A stretch of DNA of 64,000 bases from Candidatus Microsyncoccus archaeolyticus. Lineage in GTDB: Bacteria; Patescibacteriota; Minisyncoccia; Minisyncoccales; Minisyncoccaceae. Shown here one piece after another: positions 47,516-56,232 of this stretch. The stretch's first letter is position 1; every line of letters begins with the position of its first letter. Both the position numbers and the translations under genes were made by a program. The notes beneath the pieces are model-generated. The model saw only the letters and a program-made list of their open reading frames with translations, made no database searches and was not told the origin of the DNA. Location of the stretch: the NCBI GenBank assembly GCA_036987155.1, contig BTXY01000003.1, forward strand, positions 28,098-92,097, read 5' to 3'.

Positions 47516-49309
47516 ATGACATCCGAAGAATTAAGGAAAAACTTCTTAGATTTTTTTAAAAAAAGAGGGCACATTGTAGTTCCTTCTTCTTCTCTTTTGC
47601 CGAGCGATAAAACAGTATTGTTTACTACTGCTGGAATGCAGCAGTTTTCTTTGTATTTAGCTGGAGAAAAAGATCCAGTTAAAGATTTTGGTTCAAGACA
47701 TTTAACTTCTTCTCAAAAATGCTTTAGAACTGATGATATTGAAGAAGTAGGAGACGATACCCATCATACTTTTTTCGAAATGCTTGGAAATTGGTCTATT
47801 GGACAAGATGATAAAGGATATTTTAAAGAAGGAGCAATTAAATACGCTTTAGAGTTTTTAGAGGAGTTGGGTTTGGATAAAAATAGACTGTATATTACTG
47901 TTTTTAAAGGAGAAGGGAATATTCCTAAAGATAAAGAAGCAATTGATTTATGGATTAAGAATGGGATTCCTGCTGAGAGAATAAGAGAATATGAAAAAAA
48001 AGATAATTTTTGGGGACCAGTTGGAGAAACAGGTCCTTGCGGGCCATGTTCAGAGTTGCATTATGATAGAGGAGAAAAATATGGCTGTGGTGGAGCTAAT
48101 TGCGGACCCAATTGTGATAATTGCAAAAGATTTGTTGAAATATGGAATTTGGTTTTTATGCAATACTTTAAAAACGACAAAGGGGAATATGAGCTACTTT
48201 CTCAAACAAACATTGATACTGGAATTGGTTTTGAAAGATTAGTTTCTTTGCTTCAAGAAAAGAATTCTAGCTATGAAACAGATTTATTTAAAGACGTAAT
48301 ATCTAAGATTGAAGAAGAGTCTAATAAAAAATATGAGGATAATAAAAAAGAGTTTAGGGTTATTGCTGATCACTCAAGAGCAATAGTATTTTTAACCAGT
48401 GAGGGGATTATTCCTTCTAATGTTTCTCAAGGATATGTTTTAAGAAGATTAATTAGAAGATCAATTAGGTATTCTAAATTAATAGGTTTTAATTTTGATC
48501 AATTTTATTTTTTATTAGATATTATTGTAGATAAGTATAAAGATATATATCCTGAGGTTGTAAATAAGAAATACAATATTATTAAGGAAGAAGAAGAAAA
48601 GTTTGCAAAAACAATAGAAAAAGGATTATTAATGATTGAAAAATTAATTACAGAGAAAAAAGACAGGACCATAACTGGAGAAGAAGCTTTTGACTTGTAC
48701 CAAAGCTATGGTTTCCCTTTAGAATTAGTTGAAGAAATTGCCAACGAGAAAGATTTTCTTGTTGATAAAAGTGGTTTCAATGAAGCTTTAAAAAAACATC
48801 AGGATGTTTCTAGAGAGGGAATGGAAAAGAAATTTGGAGGTGTAGGTAAAGATTCAGGAGAGATGGGAGTAAAATATCATACCTTAACTCATTTATTGCA
48901 CGCTGCCTTAAGAAAAGTATTAGGGGATCACGTTAAGCAAATGGGTTCAGACATTAACTCTGAGCGCTTAAGGTTTGATTTTGCTCATGGTATTAAAATG
49001 ACAGAAGAAGAAATCAAGAAAGTAGAAGATTTAGTTAATGAAAAAATTAAAGAAGGACTAATTGTTGAAAAACAAGAGATGTCCCTTGATAAAGCGATAA
49101 ATGATGGGGCATTAGCGTTTTTTAAAGATAAATACGGAGAAATGGTTTTTGTTTGGACAATTTTTAATCCCCAAACAAAAGAGGTTTTTTCTAAAGAAGT
49201 TTGTGGGGGTCCTCATGTCGAGACCTTGAAAGATTTAGGAATATTTAAGATAATAAAAGAAGAAAGTTCAAGTGCAGGAGTTAGAAGAATAAAAGCAATA
49301 TTAAAATGA
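47516..49309 (+). CDS. alaS: Alanine--tRNA ligase, short form (catalytic + tRNA-recognition + editing domains; no C-Ala domain)
   Basis: FTTAGMQQF, FFEMLGNWS, WGPVGETGPCGPCSE, editing-site HTLTHLLHAAL and CGGPHV. Confidence 0.9.
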   Translation: MTSEELRKNFLDFFKKRGHIVVPSSSLLPSDKTVLFTTAGMQQFSLYLAGEKDPVKDFGSRHLTSSQKCFRTDDIEEVGDDTHHTFFEMLGNWSIGQDDKGYFKEGAIKYALEFLEELGLDKNRLYITVFKGEGNIPKDKEAIDLWIKNGIPAERIREYEKKDNFWGPVGETGPCGPCSELHYDRGEKYGCGGANCGPNCDNCKRFVEIWNLVFMQYFKNDKGEYELLSQTNIDTGIGFERLVSLLQEKNSSYETDLFKDVISKIEEESNKKYEDNKKEFRVIADHSRAIVFLTSEGIIPSNVSQGYVLRRLIRRSIRYSKLIGFNFDQFYFLLDIIVDKYKDIYPEVVNKKYNIIKEEEEKFAKTIEKGLLMIEKLITEKKDRTITGEEAFDLYQSYGFPLELVEEIANEKDFLVDKSGFNEALKKHQDVSREGMEKKFGGVGKDSGEMGVKYHTLTHLLHAALRKVLGDHVKQMGSDINSERLRFDFAHGIKMTEEEIKKVEDLVNEKIKEGLIVEKQEMSLDKAINDGALAFFKDKYGEMVFVWTIFNPQTKEVFSKEVCGGPHVETLKDLGIFKIIKEESSSAGVRRIKAILK

Positions 49310-50532
49310 AAAAAATATATGACATTGTTCCACCAAGCAAGGTGGAAAGCGTGTTAAAGCCAAAAGAAAATACAATTCACACTCCTCAAAAGAAAAGAAA
49401 GTTTCCTTTCAGAATTATTTTAGTTTTTTTAGTCGGTATTATTCTTTATGGATTTTTTATGGATGGACATGCTCAGGTTATAATCTATCCTAAAACTAAT
49501 AGCTCTAATGGAGAAGAAACAATGACAGTTAATTTAAAACAAGGAACAATTGATTTAGAGAATAAAATTGTATCTGGCATTATATTTTCCAATGCCCAAG
49601 ATTTTGTTCAAGAATATCAAGCAACAGGGAAAAGCGACAAAGACAAAAAAGCAACGGGAACAATTAGAGTTTTCAATAAATTAAATCCAGGTAAACCATT
49701 GACTTTAGTTAAAGGAACTAGATTTCTTGAAGGGAATGGAGATTTAATTTATAGGGCTGTCTCTGGATTTACAATTCCTCAGGCTAAAACAATCGATGGT
49801 AAATTTACTAATGGATATGTTGATATAAAAGTTGAAGCAGACGAAGCTGGAGAAGAATATAATATTAGCTCAGGAACATTTTCAGTTCCAGGACTTAGTG
49901 GAACAGAATATTTTTCTGGAATTTGGGGAGAAGTAATTAGTCCAATGACTGGAGGAACTACTTCTGAGGTAAGTGTTGTTTTATCTAGTGATTTAGAAGC
50001 AGCAGAAGAAGATTTTAGAGATAAATTTCAGATTAAGAACAAAGAAGATTTAAAAAATAGCATTCCTTCAAACTATATTTTCTATGAAGAAGGTTTCATA
50101 ACTGAATTTGAAAATATTGTAATTGGAGCCAAGAAAGGAGAAGAGGTTGCTTCTTTTACTGTTTCAGGAAAGGTTAAAACAGAAGTAATGGCTTTTAGAA
50201 AAGAAGACGTGGAAAGTGTTCTTAAAAATACTATATTGGGGCAAACATCAGAACTTATTGTTCCTGATAGTTTAAAGTATAATTTGGTAGAAAAGAAAAA
50301 TAAAGAGGGGGGAATGGAGATAAAAATTTCTTATGAAGGGAAAAGTTACTGGCTTCCGGATAATGAATTTCTTTTACAAAGTGTACTAGGTAAAGAAAAA
50401 AGCTATTCTCTTTCTTTATTACAAAACATACCAGAAGTAGAAAGAGCGGAAATTAATCTCAGCCCCTTTTTTAAGACAAAGAATCCAAATAGTAAGAATA
50501 ACATTGAAATTAAACTGGAATTTGGTCAATAA
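49306..50532 (+). CDS. Hypothetical membrane-anchored protein
   Basis: N-terminal TM helix (FPFRIILVFLVGIILYGFF). 4-nt overlap with alaS. Confidence 0.6.
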   Translation: MKKIYDIVPPSKVESVLKPKENTIHTPQKKRKFPFRIILVFLVGIILYGFFMDGHAQVIIYPKTNSSNGEETMTVNLKQGTIDLENKIVSGIIFSNAQDFVQEYQATGKSDKDKKATGTIRVFNKLNPGKPLTLVKGTRFLEGNGDLIYRAVSGFTIPQAKTIDGKFTNGYVDIKVEADEAGEEYNISSGTFSVPGLSGTEYFSGIWGEVISPMTGGTTSEVSVVLSSDLEAAEEDFRDKFQIKNKEDLKNSIPSNYIFYEEGFITEFENIVIGAKKGEEVASFTVSGKVKTEVMAFRKEDVESVLKNTILGQTSELIVPDSLKYNLVEKKNKEGGMEIKISYEGKSYWLPDNEFLLQSVLGKEKSYSLSLLQNIPEVERAEINLSPFFKTKNPNSKNNIEIKLEFGQ

Positions 50533-50555
50533 AGCACATAAAAGAGCTTAATCTC

Positions 50556-50584
50556 TTGACCAAAATCAAAAATTCTGATAATGT
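50556..50584 (+). promoter_or_regulatory. Candidate promoter TTGACC-17nt-TAATGT upstream of infA
   Basis: TTGACC 50556-50561, TAATGT 50579-50584. Confidence 0.4.
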
Positions 50585-50606
50585 TTTATTATCTCAAAAT
50601 TAAACA

Positions 50607-50828
50607 ATGAAAAATGACGATAAAATAAAGAAAGAGGGGACAGTAACAGAAAGTCTTCCAGATGGTTTTTTTAGAGTTAAGCTTGATGATGAAGATTTTG
50701 AAGTTTTAGCTCACTTGGCCGGAAAATTAAGGATATACAAGATTAAAATCCTAGCTGGAGATAGGGTTACTGTTGAAATGACTCCTTATGATAAAAAAAG
50801 AGGGAGAATCATTTTTAGAAAGAAATAA
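50607..50828 (+). CDS. infA: Translation initiation factor IF-1
   Basis: [19 protein letters not shown]...[10 protein letters not shown]...I..GD.V.VEMTPYD..RGRI. Confidence 0.95.
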   Translation: MKNDDKIKKEGTVTESLPDGFFRVKLDDEDFEVLAHLAGKLRIYKIKILAGDRVTVEMTPYDKKRGRIIFRKK

Positions 50829-50830
50829 TT

Positions 50831-50950
50831 ATGAAAGTAAAGCCATCAATTAAGAAAATTTGCAAAGATTGTAAGATCGTCAAAAGAGAAGGTCGTATTT
50901 ATGTTATTTGTAAGAAAAATCCTAAGCACAAACAAAGACAGGGTGCATAA
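50831..50950 (+). CDS. rpmJ: 50S ribosomal protein L36 (not in the ORF track)
   Basis: [39 protein letters not shown]. Confidence 0.9.
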   Translation: MKVKPSIKKICKDCKIVKREGRIYVICKKNPKHKQRQGA

Positions 50951-50955
50951 AATTT

Positions 50956-51345
50956 ATGGCAAGAGTTGTAGGTGTAAACATACCAGATGAAAAATCAATA
51001 TTGATCGGTCTCACATATATCTATGGGATTGGTTTATCTTTAAGTAAAAAGATATTAGAACAAGCAAAAATTGATGGAAATAAAAAAGCAAAAGAATTAA
51101 CACCAGATGATTTAAATGTTTTAAAGCAAATTATTGAAAAGAATTACAGAGTTGAAGGAGAATTGAAGAGAGATATAATGACTAATATTAAAAGATTGAG
51201 AGATATTTCTTCTTGGAGAGGACATAGACATGCTAAGGGATTACCTGTAAGAGGACAGACAACAAGGATAAACAGCAGGACAGTAAGGGGCAATGTAAGA
51301 AAAACAGTTGGCTCAGGAAGAAAAGCTCCACCATCACCTAAATAA
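50956..51345 (+). CDS. rpsM: 30S ribosomal protein S13
   Basis: MARVVGVNIP...GIGLS...RGHRHAKGLPVRGQ.T. Confidence 0.95.
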   Translation: MARVVGVNIPDEKSILIGLTYIYGIGLSLSKKILEQAKIDGNKKAKELTPDDLNVLKQIIEKNYRVEGELKRDIMTNIKRLRDISSWRGHRHAKGLPVRGQTTRINSRTVRGNVRKTVGSGRKAPPSPK

Positions 51346-51353
51346 TAATTACT

Positions 51354-51803
51354 ATGGGGAAAAAACACGTTATTGCGAAAACTGAAGAAGAGATGATTAA
51401 AGAAGGCGAAGCTGTTGAAAAAGCTATTGCCAAAGATGTAAAAGTTTCAAAGACTTCTGGAAAAGAGGGTAGATTTTATATCTTTAGTTCTTACAACAAT
51501 ACAATTATTACTTTAACAGATGAAAGTGGAAACGTTTTAGCTTCTCGTTCAGCTGGTAGAATAGGATTCAAAGGAACAAAGAAATCAACTCCTTTTGCTG
51601 CTTCGAAAACAGCTGAAACAGTGGGTCAAATCGCTGAAAAAATGGGAGTAAAAAAAGTTCATATAGTTGTAAAAGGTATTGGGTCTGGAAGAGATTCAGC
51701 GATAAGATCAATTGCCAATCAAGGATTCGAAGTTTATTCAATAAAAGACACGACACCAGTTCCACACAATGGCTGTCGTCCTAAAAAACCAAGAAGATTG
51801 TAA
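51354..51803 (+). CDS. rpsK: 30S ribosomal protein S11
   Basis: NNTIITLTD..GN...SAG..GFKG.KKSTPFAA...D.TPVPHNGCRP.K.RR. Confidence 0.95.
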   Translation: MGKKHVIAKTEEEMIKEGEAVEKAIAKDVKVSKTSGKEGRFYIFSSYNNTIITLTDESGNVLASRSAGRIGFKGTKKSTPFAASKTAETVGQIAEKMGVKKVHIVVKGIGSGRDSAIRSIANQGFEVYSIKDTTPVPHNGCRPKKPRRL

Positions 51804-51804
51804 T

Positions 51805-52434
51805 ATGCAAACAAAAAACTGTAAAATTTGTAGAAGGCTAGGAGAAAAGCTTTTCTTAAAAGGAGAAAGATGCATGTCAGCTAAATGCGCAATGATTAAG
51901 AGACCTTTTCCTCCAGGACAAAAACCTAAAAAAAGAAGAGGGGCTTTTTCTGAATATGGAAAAGAATTAAGAGAAAAGCAAAAGATGAAAAAATGGTATA
52001 ATTTAAGTGAGCGTCAAATGGAAAAATATGTTAATGATGTTGCAGAAAAAAGAGCAAAGACTGAAAACGTTGCAGACGCTTTAATTGAAAAAATAGAAAG
52101 TAGACTAGATAATATTATTTTTCGTTTGGGACTTGCTAAATCAAGAGCTCAGGCATCTAAATTGGTTTCTCATGGGCATTTTATGGTTAATGGAAGAAAA
52201 GTTGACATTCCTTCGTATGAAGTAAAAATTGGAGACGTAATATCAATAAGGCCTGGATCAAAGAAAAAGGAACCATTAAAAGATTTAGATGCTTTAATGA
52301 AGAATTATAAAATGCCTAAATGGCTTGATTTTGATAAAGAAAAAGGAGAGGGCAAGTTTGTTAAAAAACCTGGTTCAGCTGATGTTCAGTTGCCAGTTGA
52401 GATTGCCACTCTTTTTGAGCATTATTCAAGATAA
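51805..52434 (+). CDS. rpsD: 30S ribosomal protein S4 (zinc-ribbon type)
   Basis: CKICRRLGEKLFLKGERC..AKC and the S4 domain RLDNIIFRLGLAKSRAQASKLVSHGHFMVNGRKVDIPSY. Trimmed to ATG 51805. Confidence 0.95.
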   Translation: MQTKNCKICRRLGEKLFLKGERCMSAKCAMIKRPFPPGQKPKKRRGAFSEYGKELREKQKMKKWYNLSERQMEKYVNDVAEKRAKTENVADALIEKIESRLDNIIFRLGLAKSRAQASKLVSHGHFMVNGRKVDIPSYEVKIGDVISIRPGSKKKEPLKDLDALMKNYKMPKWLDFDKEKGEGKFVKKPGSADVQLPVEIATLFEHYSR

Positions 52435-52450
52435 TAATAAAAAAATAATT

Positions 52451-53197
52451 ATGATTCCATTACCAACATCAATAAAAGGTAAAAAAATAAAGGATAATTG
52501 TGAAGTATTTGAAATAGAATCCTTGTATCCAGGATATGGTGTGACTATTGGTAATGCCTTAAGAAGGGTTCTTTTGTCATCTTTAAACGGTGCAGCAGTA
52601 ACTGAAGTAAAGATTAAAGATGCTCCTCATGAATTTTCAACTCTTTCAGGGATAAAGGAAGATGTTTTGCATATCTTAATGAATTTAAAACAATTAAGAT
52701 TTAAGATTTTTACTGACGAACCTCAAGTAGCAATTTTAAAAATAAAAGGCGAAAAAGAAGCAAAAGGTTCTGATTTTGAATATTCTCCAGAATTAAAATT
52801 AGCAAACCCAGATTTATATATTGCTCAATTAACAGATAAGAGTGCAGAACTAGAAATTGAAATTAAAGTTGAAAAAGGAGTAGGATATGTTTTTCAAGAA
52901 GAAAAAGATGAAAAGAAAGGAATAGGTGTGATTGGACTAGATGCAGCTTTTACTCCTATTGTAAAAGCAAATTATGTTGTTGAAAACATGAGAGTTGGGC
53001 AAAGAACTGATTTTGAAAAAATTTCTTTAGAAATTGAAACAGATGGAACTATTTCTCCTTCAGAAGCATTGAAAGAATCATTAAGTATCTTGATTTCTCA
53101 CTTCAACTTTTTAGATGAAGAGCTTAAAGTAGAAAAAACAGACGAGATTGTAGAAGAAAAGAAAAAAACTACAAAAAAAACAACAAAGAAAAAATAA
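52451..53197 (+). CDS. rpoA: DNA-directed RNA polymerase alpha subunit, N-terminal domain only (no alpha-CTD)
   Basis: LYPGYGVTIGNALRRVLLSSLNGAAVTEVKI. 248 aa ending in a K/T-rich tail. Trimmed to ATG 52451. Confidence 0.85.
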   Translation: MIPLPTSIKGKKIKDNCEVFEIESLYPGYGVTIGNALRRVLLSSLNGAAVTEVKIKDAPHEFSTLSGIKEDVLHILMNLKQLRFKIFTDEPQVAILKIKGEKEAKGSDFEYSPELKLANPDLYIAQLTDKSAELEIEIKVEKGVGYVFQEEKDEKKGIGVIGLDAAFTPIVKANYVVENMRVGQRTDFEKISLEIETDGTISPSEALKESLSILISHFNFLDEELKVEKTDEIVEEKKKTTKKTTKKK

Positions 53198-53198
53198 T

Positions 53199-53546
53199 AT
53201 GAACAAGCAGAAGAAAGGAAGAAAATTTAATAGAAAGACAGATCAAAGAAGGGCCTTATTAAAAACGTTGGCCACCTCTTTGATTTTAAAAGGAAAGATA
53301 AAAACAACAGAAGCTAAAGCAAAAGAATTGTCTCGCTTTATTGAAAAGAAAATTACTAAAGCTAAGAAGAGCGGAGTTGCTACACTGAGATATTTAAGAG
53401 GATATTTTTCAGAAAGGACTGCTAAGAAATTAATGGAAGAAGTTGCTCCAAAATATAAAGAAAGAAAAGGAGGATATACAAGAGTTATTAAAATGGGTCA
53501 AAGAAAGTCAGATAGCGCTAAAATGGCAATAATAGAATTAGTTTAA
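53199..53546 (+). CDS. rplQ: 50S ribosomal protein L17
   Basis: RALLKTLATSLI..GKIKTTEAKAKE...GGYTRVIK.G.R..D.A.MAIIELV. Confidence 0.9.
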   Translation: MNKQKKGRKFNRKTDQRRALLKTLATSLILKGKIKTTEAKAKELSRFIEKKITKAKKSGVATLRYLRGYFSERTAKKLMEEVAPKYKERKGGYTRVIKMGQRKSDSAKMAIIELV

Positions 53547-53551
53547 AAATT

Positions 53552-53911
53552 ATGGAAAAGACAAAGACAAAAAAAGAATTCATAGTTGACGCAAAAGGAA
53601 AGGTATTAGGAAGATTGGCCACAGAGATAGCATTGATTCTTCAAGGAAAGAACAGTGTTGATTATATGCCCAATAAAGATTTGGAGCACTTTGTAGTTGT
53701 TAAGAATATCAAGAAAATAAAAGTTACAGGAAGAAAAATGGAAGATAAGATATATTTTAGCCATTCTGGTTTTCTGGGAGGAGACAAATATACGCCGATG
53801 AAAGTTATTTTTGATAAAAAGCCAGGAGAAATTTTAATTAAAGCAGTATCTGGCATGCTTCCTAAAAATAGATTAAGAGATAGAAGAATAAAAAGAATAA
53901 AGTTTGAATAG
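53552..53911 (+). CDS. rplM: 50S ribosomal protein L13 (short)
   Basis: VDAKGKVLGRLATEIA..L.GK...Y.P...D.V.V.N...I.VTG.K...K.Y..HSG..GG and MLPKN.L. Confidence 0.85.
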   Translation: MEKTKTKKEFIVDAKGKVLGRLATEIALILQGKNSVDYMPNKDLEHFVVVKNIKKIKVTGRKMEDKIYFSHSGFLGGDKYTPMKVIFDKKPGEILIKAVSGMLPKNRLRDRRIKRIKFE

Positions 53912-53912
53912 T

Positions 53913-54422
53913 ATGGTTAAAGAAAAAGAAGAAAAAACAAAAAAGAAAGCCCCTGTTAAAAAAAGAGTTGTTAAAAAGAAAGAAACAGAAGAAGTCGTTC
54001 AGGAGGAACCAATAATTAAAGAAAAGAATAGCGCAGAATATTATCAGGGAATAGGGAGGAGAAAAACTTCTGTAGCTAGGGTTAGATTGTATAACAAAAA
54101 GAATGGATCAGCGTCTATTAATGGAAAGAAACTAGAACAGTATTTTTTAACAGAAGCGCTTCAAAAAACAGCTATATCTCCTTTAGATAAAATGAAATCA
54201 TTAGATAGGTTTGAAATTAAAGTTGTGGTTAAAGGAGGGGGAATTAATTCTCAAGCAGAAGCAGTAAGGCATGGAATAGCAAGAGCATTAGTTGTATTTA
54301 ATCAAGAATACAAAAAAAGATTAAGGAAAGCCGGTCTTTTAACAAGAGACTCGAGAATGAAAGAAAGAAAGAAATTTGGTTTAAAAAGAGCTAGAAGAGC
54401 TCCACAGTGGTCAAAAAGATAA
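53913..54422 (+). CDS. rpsI: 30S ribosomal protein S9 with lysine-rich N-terminal extension
   Basis: GIGRRKTSVARVRL...GGGINSQAEAVRHGIARAL...LTRDSRMKERKKFGLKRARRAPQWSKR. Confidence 0.9.
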   Translation: MVKEKEEKTKKKAPVKKRVVKKKETEEVVQEEPIIKEKNSAEYYQGIGRRKTSVARVRLYNKKNGSASINGKKLEQYFLTEALQKTAISPLDKMKSLDRFEIKVVVKGGGINSQAEAVRHGIARALVVFNQEYKKRLRKAGLLTRDSRMKERKKFGLKRARRAPQWSKR

Positions 54423-54447
54423 AAAAGAGGGGTTCCCTCTTTTTTTT
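54421..54447 (+). terminator. Rho-independent terminator AAAAAAGAGGG-GTT-CCCTCTTTTTTTT
   Basis: GC-cored stem flanked by an A-run and a T-run right after rpsI. Confidence 0.75.
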
Positions 54448-54508
54448 GACAAATTTAACAATATATATTATTGTCTTTTTAGCACATTATAGTATCAGGG
54501 AGAGAAAA

Positions 54509-54766
54509 ATGGAAAAAATTATTAGTCTTAAAAAAGCTGCCACTCTGTTGGGTTTTAGTAGCGTAGCTAAGGTATTGGAATTGATTAGAAAAGGAAATCT
54601 CAATGGAAAAATTGAGAATAAAAGGTATGTTGTTATTGTTGATGAAAAATTAAAAGCTCTTTCATCTCCAGCTAAACACAAAAATATTTTAAAAAGTCAT
54701 AGGCTTTTTCAAGACCCTCATTACCGTAAAAGGTGGCCGAGACTATTAAATCAAATTTCTCGCTAA
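54509..54766 (+). CDS. Small stand-alone HTH protein (excisionase/MerR-like HTH, putative)
   Basis: MEKIISLKKAATLLGFSSVAKVLELIRKGNLNGK. Trimmed to ATG 54509. The gene is bracketed by two terminators. Confidence 0.4.
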   Translation: MEKIISLKKAATLLGFSSVAKVLELIRKGNLNGKIENKRYVVIVDEKLKALSSPAKHKNILKSHRLFQDPHYRKRWPRLLNQISR

Positions 54767-54772
54767 AAATAT

Positions 54773-54797
54773 CCTCTATTCGTTTTAGAGGTTTTTT
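54773..54797. terminator. Bidirectional hairpin CCTCTA-TTCGTT-TAGAGG + T-run between convergent genes
   Basis: 6-bp stem followed by TTTTTTT. Confidence 0.55.
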
Positions 54798-56110
54798 TAT
54801 GGATTAAATTCATTAGAATTATACATTTTACCATCACTTAAAACATATAGTATTTTTTTATTAAACCAGATTTTTTCTATTGGTAATGGGGACAATTGGA
54901 AAGTATTGATATTGTCTCTATTGTCAATTTCACTTACAAACACATTTTTATTTATCGAATAAAAGAAATAGTCATCATTGAACCATGCCAAATTTTTTAT
55001 TTCAGAGGAGAATCTTGATAAAAAAATCAAAGAACCACTTTTTTTAAAAAATGGAGTTTCAAAATCTTTTAGTAAAAGAAGCCATAATTCTGATCCTGTG
55101 TTGAATATTATTTTGTCGGGTAGAACATCATAACTTATATCCTTTGTTTTTAAAAAGAATTCGAATTCTTTTTTATTTTCATTAAACAAGTATAGCGAAG
55201 AGGCGTCTTGAGCAAATATTTTTCCAGATGTTATTAATAGGCTATAATCAATAATAGTTATTTCTTTTTCACTTAAGATGGTTTCTTTTTTGTTGTCTAT
55301 TTTAATCAATATATTATTTTCAACAGAATAGATGGTATCGTTTTCCATAGCAAAAACATCAACACTAGTTCTTAATACAGGCGATTTCTTAGTAGATAAT
55401 GAATATTCAATAATATTATTTTTATTTTGATAAACAATACTGTTTTCTTTTAAATAAAAATTATTTGCTGATTCAAGAAAATTAAGATTATTTAATATTA
55501 GAGTATCCAAGCTTAAATAGTAATAGGTTGTTTTGTTTTGGAGGTTTTTTCCTTTTATTAGTATATTTTTAAGGTCAGGAAAAAATTTAATATCTTCTAT
55601 GCTGGAAAAATATTTTTTAGATTCGGTTTCTTTTAAAATAGTAGAATTATTATATATTATTTCTTGATTATTAGTTAAATAAACAATGTTTTGTTTGTTT
55701 TTCGAAAGAAAGAAATTATTTATATTGTCCTTATATTGGTTTATCGGATTATTTTCTGGAAATAGATAAATATTTTCTGCTTTGGTTACTTTTTGTCCTT
55801 CTACTCGAAGAGTTTTGCTCCAAGAGTGATAATTTTCTTTTTCTACTCTTATGTTATATTCTTCTGGAATTAATTTTTGGATTAAAAGATCTTTAGAAAA
55901 TGGAGCTGTTTTATTTTTATACTCGTTATTAATAAAAACATTAACATCTGGTATTATAGATTTAATGCTTATCCCTCCCAATTTGACAAACTCTCTTTTT
56001 TTAAAATCAAAGCCATATCCTTGGGCATCGAGTATTAGAAATGGAGCAACAATTAAGAATACGGAAACTAAAGAAAAGAAGGCTATTTTTTTAATTAATA
56101 ATTTGTTCAT
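54797..56110 (-). CDS. Membrane-anchored PEGA-domain protein followed by a beta-rich region
   Basis: N-terminal TM helix. PEGA-like ISIKSIIPDVNVFINNEYKNKTAP...LIPEEYNIRVEKENYHSW. Trimmed to ATG 56110. Confidence 0.55.
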   Translation of the reverse strand: MNKLLIKKIAFFSLVSVFLIVAPFLILDAQGYGFDFKKREFVKLGGISIKSIIPDVNVFINNEYKNKTAPFSKDLLIQKLIPEEYNIRVEKENYHSWSKTLRVEGQKVTKAENIYLFPENNPINQYKDNINNFFLSKNKQNIVYLTNNQEIIYNNSTILKETESKKYFSSIEDIKFFPDLKNILIKGKNLQNKTTYYYLSLDTLILNNLNFLESANNFYLKENSIVYQNKNNIIEYSLSTKKSPVLRTSVDVFAMENDTIYSVENNILIKIDNKKETILSEKEITIIDYSLLITSGKIFAQDASSLYLFNENKKEFEFFLKTKDISYDVLPDKIIFNTGSELWLLLLKDFETPFFKKSGSLIFLSRFSSEIKNLAWFNDDYFFYSINKNVFVSEIDNRDNINTFQLSPLPIEKIWFNKKILYVLSDGKMYNSNEFNP

Positions 56111-56196
56111 TTTTAATATATTGTTATACAATTTTGAATAAAAAGCAAGTGTTTGACTATATTGTTTTTATGGTTTATATAATAAAAAAATAACAC

Positions 56197-56225
56197 TTGC
56201 CAATTTGGATTTTATTGGCTAGAAT
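56197..56225 (+). promoter_or_regulatory. Promoter TTGCCA-17nt-TAGAAT; mreB ATG 7 nt after the -10
   Basis: TTGCCA 56197-56202, TAGAAT 56220-56225, ATG 56233. Confidence 0.55.
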
Positions 56226-56232
56226 GACTTAT

